In this document: piece after piece, positions 62,013-64,000 of the stretch
Layout: each line of letters begins with the position of its first letter
Numbering within the stretch: the stretch's first letter is position 1
NCBI GenBank assembly: GCA_048499955.1
Contig: JASNYX010000005.1
Span: forward strand, 27,401-91,400
Length of the DNA: 64,000 bases
Reading direction: 5' to 3'
Source: Patescibacteria group bacterium
GTDB taxonomy: Bacteria > Patescibacteriota > WWE3 > 2-01-FULL-39-13
The notes under the pieces: generated by a model
Told to the model about the DNA's origin: nothing
Seen by the model: only the letters and a program-made list of their open reading frames with translations
Database searches by the model: none
Position numbers and translations under genes: made by a program

Positions 62013-63404
62013 TTGAAAACATTTTCATCAAACGAAGATCTTCTATACTCGCAGATCAGGGATGTCATCAAAGAATCTCTACTACGAATAATAGACGGAG
62101 ATGTAATCCAATCATCCACAGACACAATCGTTTACGCTTTCTATGACCTTTTCATAATACAAATTCTAAATGCCTATTACGAATCAAACCCATCAAAAAT
62201 AACGGAAAACAACTTCGTCGAATTTATCAAACTGTATATCCTCAGCAAGAAATATGAGCAACTTTCGACAAATATAATATTCATTAACTTTTTAAAACAT
62301 ATTCATTCCGAACTGAATAAAGCCAAAGAAAATCTAAATTTAAATCTATCCGAAATAAAATTTATTGGAGATCCGCATAAAAACATATTTAAATTCAAAC
62401 ATGAGAATCACGTATATTACTCAAATATTCTGAAAGTTGAGAACTTTCTAAATCAATTCAGAGAAGACTTCCCTTATTTCCGAGATTACATTTTCGATTC
62501 ATCACTACAGAATGGTTATGTGAAAAGAAATTTCATTGAAATTTCCAAACATACGGATATCGAAGCCTACTATTTTAATCTAGGGAAAGTCACACCGCTT
62601 GTTTTAGCATTAAGACTCATTGATATAAATCACGAAAATATTTTGATAAATTCTGAAAGTCTGCCCCATCTTTTCGATATTGAATTTATATTCACACCAC
62701 TATATGAAACAGTCATAAAGAAATATAATTTATCGATTAGCTCTCTAATTAGCCTTGATAACAAGGATAACGCATCCGCGATACTTGGTGGTTCGGGAAA
62801 TATTCGGAGCTTCACTCGTCCGTTGCTGTACTTTGAAAAAGGTTTAATCAAAATTAAATGGGTGAAAGAAATTAAATCACAAGGACACAACCTTCCACCA
62901 AATCTTCATAAGCACCCAAACGAATACAGAGAACTGCTAATCGCCGGGTTTATAGAATCAACTAGCTACATCTCCGTAAATAAAAATAAGTTCAAGAAAC
63001 TGATCGTATCTTCTAATTTTCACAGCAGAACTTTATTACGACCAACATCGGTTTATCGATATGCATTACTAATGAGTGCATACGGAAGTTTGCAGGGCAA
63101 ATCTGCTCATGAATCAATTTCAGACGGGCTAAGTGATTTCAGGGCATATGATCCCGGCGAAATTTATGTAGACAAAGTATTTAAGGCAGAAATCTCTGAT
63201 CTTATGGACGGTCTAATCCCCTACTTTACTGTTGATATAAACAAAACCGATATTTATGGAAGCAACGGAGAGATTGTCGGTAAATTCAAAAAATCTCCAA
63301 TTAATTTTGAGTTGGAATGGCTGGATGAATTTGAAAAAAGCATGAAGAAAGAACTGATAACATTAAAAAGGTTTCTAACGGTAGATAGCAAGAAACATGT
63401 TTAA
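62013..63404 (+). CDS. Stand-alone LanM-type dehydratase domain (DUF4135-like), no cyclase
   Basis: GDPH, YYFNLG, DINHENIL, DIE, SRTLLRPTSVY, EISDL..GLIPYF; AGGA SD before the TTG. Confidence 0.8.
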   Translation: MKTFSSNEDLLYSQIRDVIKESLLRIIDGDVIQSSTDTIVYAFYDLFIIQILNAYYESNPSKITENNFVEFIKLYILSKKYEQLSTNIIFINFLKHIHSELNKAKENLNLNLSEIKFIGDPHKNIFKFKHENHVYYSNILKVENFLNQFREDFPYFRDYIFDSSLQNGYVKRNFIEISKHTDIEAYYFNLGKVTPLVLALRLIDINHENILINSESLPHLFDIEFIFTPLYETVIKKYNLSISSLISLDNKDNASAILGGSGNIRSFTRPLLYFEKGLIKIKWVKEIKSQGHNLPPNLHKHPNEYRELLIAGFIESTSYISVNKNKFKKLIVSSNFHSRTLLRPTSVYRYALLMSAYGSLQGKSAHESISDGLSDFRAYDPGEIYVDKVFKAEISDLMDGLIPYFTVDINKTDIYGSNGEIVGKFKKSPINFELEWLDEFEKSMKKELITLKRFLTVDSKKHV

Positions 63405-64000
63405 ACTGATGTCTTCCAGGCGGATAGATCACGTTTAAGAAGTAGTTCCAGTTTAGAAATATCAGATGCTAGCTGTTGTCGAAGTTTGTTTTCAGTATCC
63501 TTACTAAGTGGAGGGTAACTCTGATTTTTATGGAAAAACGACTTATATAAAAAACGTATCGGTGTATTAGTATTCAATAGGAAATTCAAAACTCCACCAA
63601 GATGCACTAATTCTATGATCGACATAACGCCACGAATATACTTCATTAACATCGGATAACGAATAACCTTAGTAGGGTTAATATGCTCGATTAAACACTT
63701 TGGTTTGAATTCAGAATCGATTCCTAAATATTCATACATGTTTTTAACCACTAATTCAGGACTATTTTTAATGTCGTCCAGAACGATAACATGTAAATGT
63801 TTTTCTTCAAAAATGTGCAAGCATCTTTCGATTAATGCTCCGAATTTTGCGTGATTAATTTCGTACAAGTCATCTGAACCGGCTTCCGTCAGTGCTTTTT
63901 CGAAGTCATCCGGAATCAAGTCATATGCATTTGAGAATTTCATGTACCAATATATGGAATATAAATATTTAACCGGATCACGAATGGCCAGTATCAATTT
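63401..64000 (-). CDS. Sulfotransferase (5' partial)
   Basis: IRDPV..LYS.YW 3'-PB motif, DDIKNSP..V...YEYLG, DISKLELLLKRDLSAW. Confidence 0.85.
   Translation of the reverse strand, partial: KLILAIRDPVKYLYSIYWYMKFSNAYDLIPDDFEKALTEAGSDDLYEINHAKFGALIERCLHIFEEKHLHVIVLDDIKNSPELVVKNMYEYLGIDSEFKPKCLIEHINPTKVIRYPMLMKYIRGVMSIIELVHLGGVLNFLLNTNTPIRFLYKSFFHKNQSYPPLSKDTENKLRQQLASDISKLELLLKRDLSAWKTSV

Noticed and set aside
1-64000. Alternative genetic code (TGA=Gly, as in Gracilibacteria/Absconditabacteria)
   Set aside because: Very long ORFs are intact in code 11, and TGA ends genes at normal positions (ATGA overlaps at 35834 and 44721).
1-64000. CRISPR array, rRNA, IS transposase, phage structural genes
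   Set aside because: No regularly spaced repeats or diagnostic motifs were seen.

Overview
AT-rich, gene-dense bacterial chromosome segment, standard code 11 (TGA is used as a stop). Gene content (archaeal-type TyrRS and ProRS, sortase, SWIB protein, large serine recombinase, DUF2207, tsaE-tsaD) suggests a Patescibacteria/CPR genome; this is an inference. Housekeeping: PHP/PolX tail, PBP1A, tyrS, tRNA-Gln(UUG), tsaC/E/D, proS, DinB, ABC-F, VKOR/Trx/DipZ. A decayed island follows the tRNA. Glycan genes are abundant: GH46 chitosanase divergent from a GH18-CE4-GT2 fusion, a 2871-aa cyclic beta-1,2-glucan synthase, a DUF4956-CotH-VTC-OpgC operon and GT-C type transferases. The best leads are missing from the ORF track: (1) a 37-aa Ser/Thr/Cys-tailed peptide directly upstream of a stand-alone LanM-type dehydratase (DUF4135-like, no cyclase), a candidate minimal RiPP system; (2) a ~160-nt rod-shaped 6S-like or attenuator RNA; (3) a 59-aa histone-H1-like gene flanked by structured RNA; (4) a sortase with an apparently inverted-topology LPNTS substrate; (5) a 17-bp inverted repeat around a divergent promoter; (6) many apparently leaderless genes. 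All calls come from reading motifs by eye; no database searches were run.
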